Source: Octopus bimaculoides
Lineage: Eukaryota
Length of the DNA: 64,000 nucleotides
Assembly (NCBI RefSeq): GCF_001194135.2
Contig: NC_068987.1
Coordinates: 79,506,497 to 79,570,496, forward strand
Direction: 5' to 3'
A program made the position numbers and the translations under genes. The notes under the pieces were generated by a model. That model was given only the letters and a program-made list of their open reading frames with translations, ran no database searches and was not told the DNA's origin. How positions within the stretch are numbered: the stretch's first letter is position 1; every line of letters begins with the position of its first letter. Below are positions 62,721 to 64,000 of this stretch, one piece after another.

Positions 62721-63091
62721 GCCCAGTGGTTAGGGCAGCGGACTCGAGGTTGTAGGATCGCGGTTTCGATTCCCAGACTGGTCGTTGTGAGTGTTTATGG
62801 AGCGAAAATACCTAAAGTTCCACGAGGCTTCGGCAGTGGATGGTGGCGAACCCTGCTGTACTCTTTCACCACAACTTTATCTCACTGTTTCTTCCTGTTT
62901 CTGTTGTACCTGTATTTCAAAGGGCCAGCTTTGTCACACTCTGTGTCACGCTGAATCTCCCCGAGAACTACGTTAAGGGTACACGTGTCTGTGGAGTGCT
63001 CAGCCAACTCGCACGTTACTTTCACGAGCAGGCTGTTCCGTTGATCGGATCAACTGGAACCCTCATCATCGTAAGCGACAAAGTGCCAACA
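62721..63091 (+). mobile_element. SINE family D, 5' end lost at a gap
   Basis: GCCCAGTGGTTAGGGCAGCGGACTCGAGG...GTAAGCGACAAAGTGCCAAC; colinear with 45999-46378. Confidence 0.92.
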
Positions 63092-63485
63092 AAAGCATAT
63101 TCACATACATGCGCGCGTGTGTGTGAATTCTTTGTGTAGCATTCTCCATGAGTCCATTCAGAAACTGCATTACAAGCAACTTCTCTATTTTGAAATACAC
63201 TCATTATTACTTGTTTTATCATATGATTCTCTGGCTGGGTCAAACTGATAGTGAAACATGGTTGCTGACTTTACAATTTGGCGATAATGACAAGATATAA
63301 TCTTTCAATCTTAAATGCATTATTTATATTTTCTCAAAATTTGGGTTGGCTGGTTGGTTGGTTGGTTGGTATTATTTATCTTCCTTGTTTCATGTATTAG
63401 GATTTCATATGTTACAAGAGGAAGTTTGTTTTGTACTGAGTGGAAGGGCAATATCATTTAATCGAAGCTTTTTAGTATGTATGTT

Positions 63486-63542
<57 letters not shown>

Positions 63543-63688
63543 GTGCGTGCGTGTGTGTGTGTATATATATATATATATACACACACATATATATAATATA
63601 TATAGTATATAAATATATGCCGCGTTTCGAAGGTATATATGTGTGTGTGTGTGTGTGTTTGTGTGTATGTATACATATATATGCTATA

Positions 63689-63973
63689 GGCGCAAGTTTG
63701 GCTGTCTGGTAAGAAGCTTGATTCCCGACCACATGGCTCCGAGTTCATTCTTACTGCTTGACAGCTTGGGCAAGTATCTTCTACTATAGCTTCAGGTCGA
63801 CTAAAGACTTGTGAGTGGATTTATTTGACGAAAACTCAAAGAAGCTCATCGTGCATACATATGTGTGTATATCTGTCTGTCTTTGTTATTCTGTTTTTTT
63901 GTTAGTTATTCTATCAATTAAATATCTTCAAAGCGCTGCCCCAACATGGATGCAGTCAAATGACTAAAACAAG
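63689..63973 (+). mobile_element. SINE family A, internally deleted
   Basis: GGCGCAAGTTTGGCTGTCTGGTAAGAAGCTTG head and GCAGTCAAATGACTAAAACAAG tail. Confidence 0.8.
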
Positions 63974-64000
63974 GACTGGTATGTATATATATATATATAT

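Overview
AT-rich, repeat-saturated eukaryotic DNA. The SINE types and extreme di/tri/tetranucleotide microsatellite load point to a coleoid cephalopod, probably Octopus (inference, no search run). There are 12 N-gaps, all at microsatellites. Almost all ORFs in the supplied track are microsatellite or N-run artefacts, and I cannot identify any host protein-coding gene with confidence. Well supported: four tRNA-derived SINE families (A-D, many copies); 3' fragments of R4/Dong-like, HERO-like, CR1/L2-like and RTE-like LINEs; a truncated mariner transposase; several TA-flanked MITEs; and near-perfect palindromes. Most notable: (1) a minimal type I hammerhead-ribozyme-like motif with a variant core in a non-coding repeat (37202-37238, minus); (2) a 430-bp internally deleted LINE-like element that shares its 3' tail with SINE family B and sits inside a SINE B head, itself nested in a foldback (28275-29668); (3) loop-less palindromes and inverted SINE pairs that would form dsRNA if transcribed; (4) speculative, phase-compatible minus-strand exon chains. 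No prokaryotic-type system (CRISPR, operon, rRNA, true tRNA) is present. SINE and relic boundaries are approximate and were set by eye.
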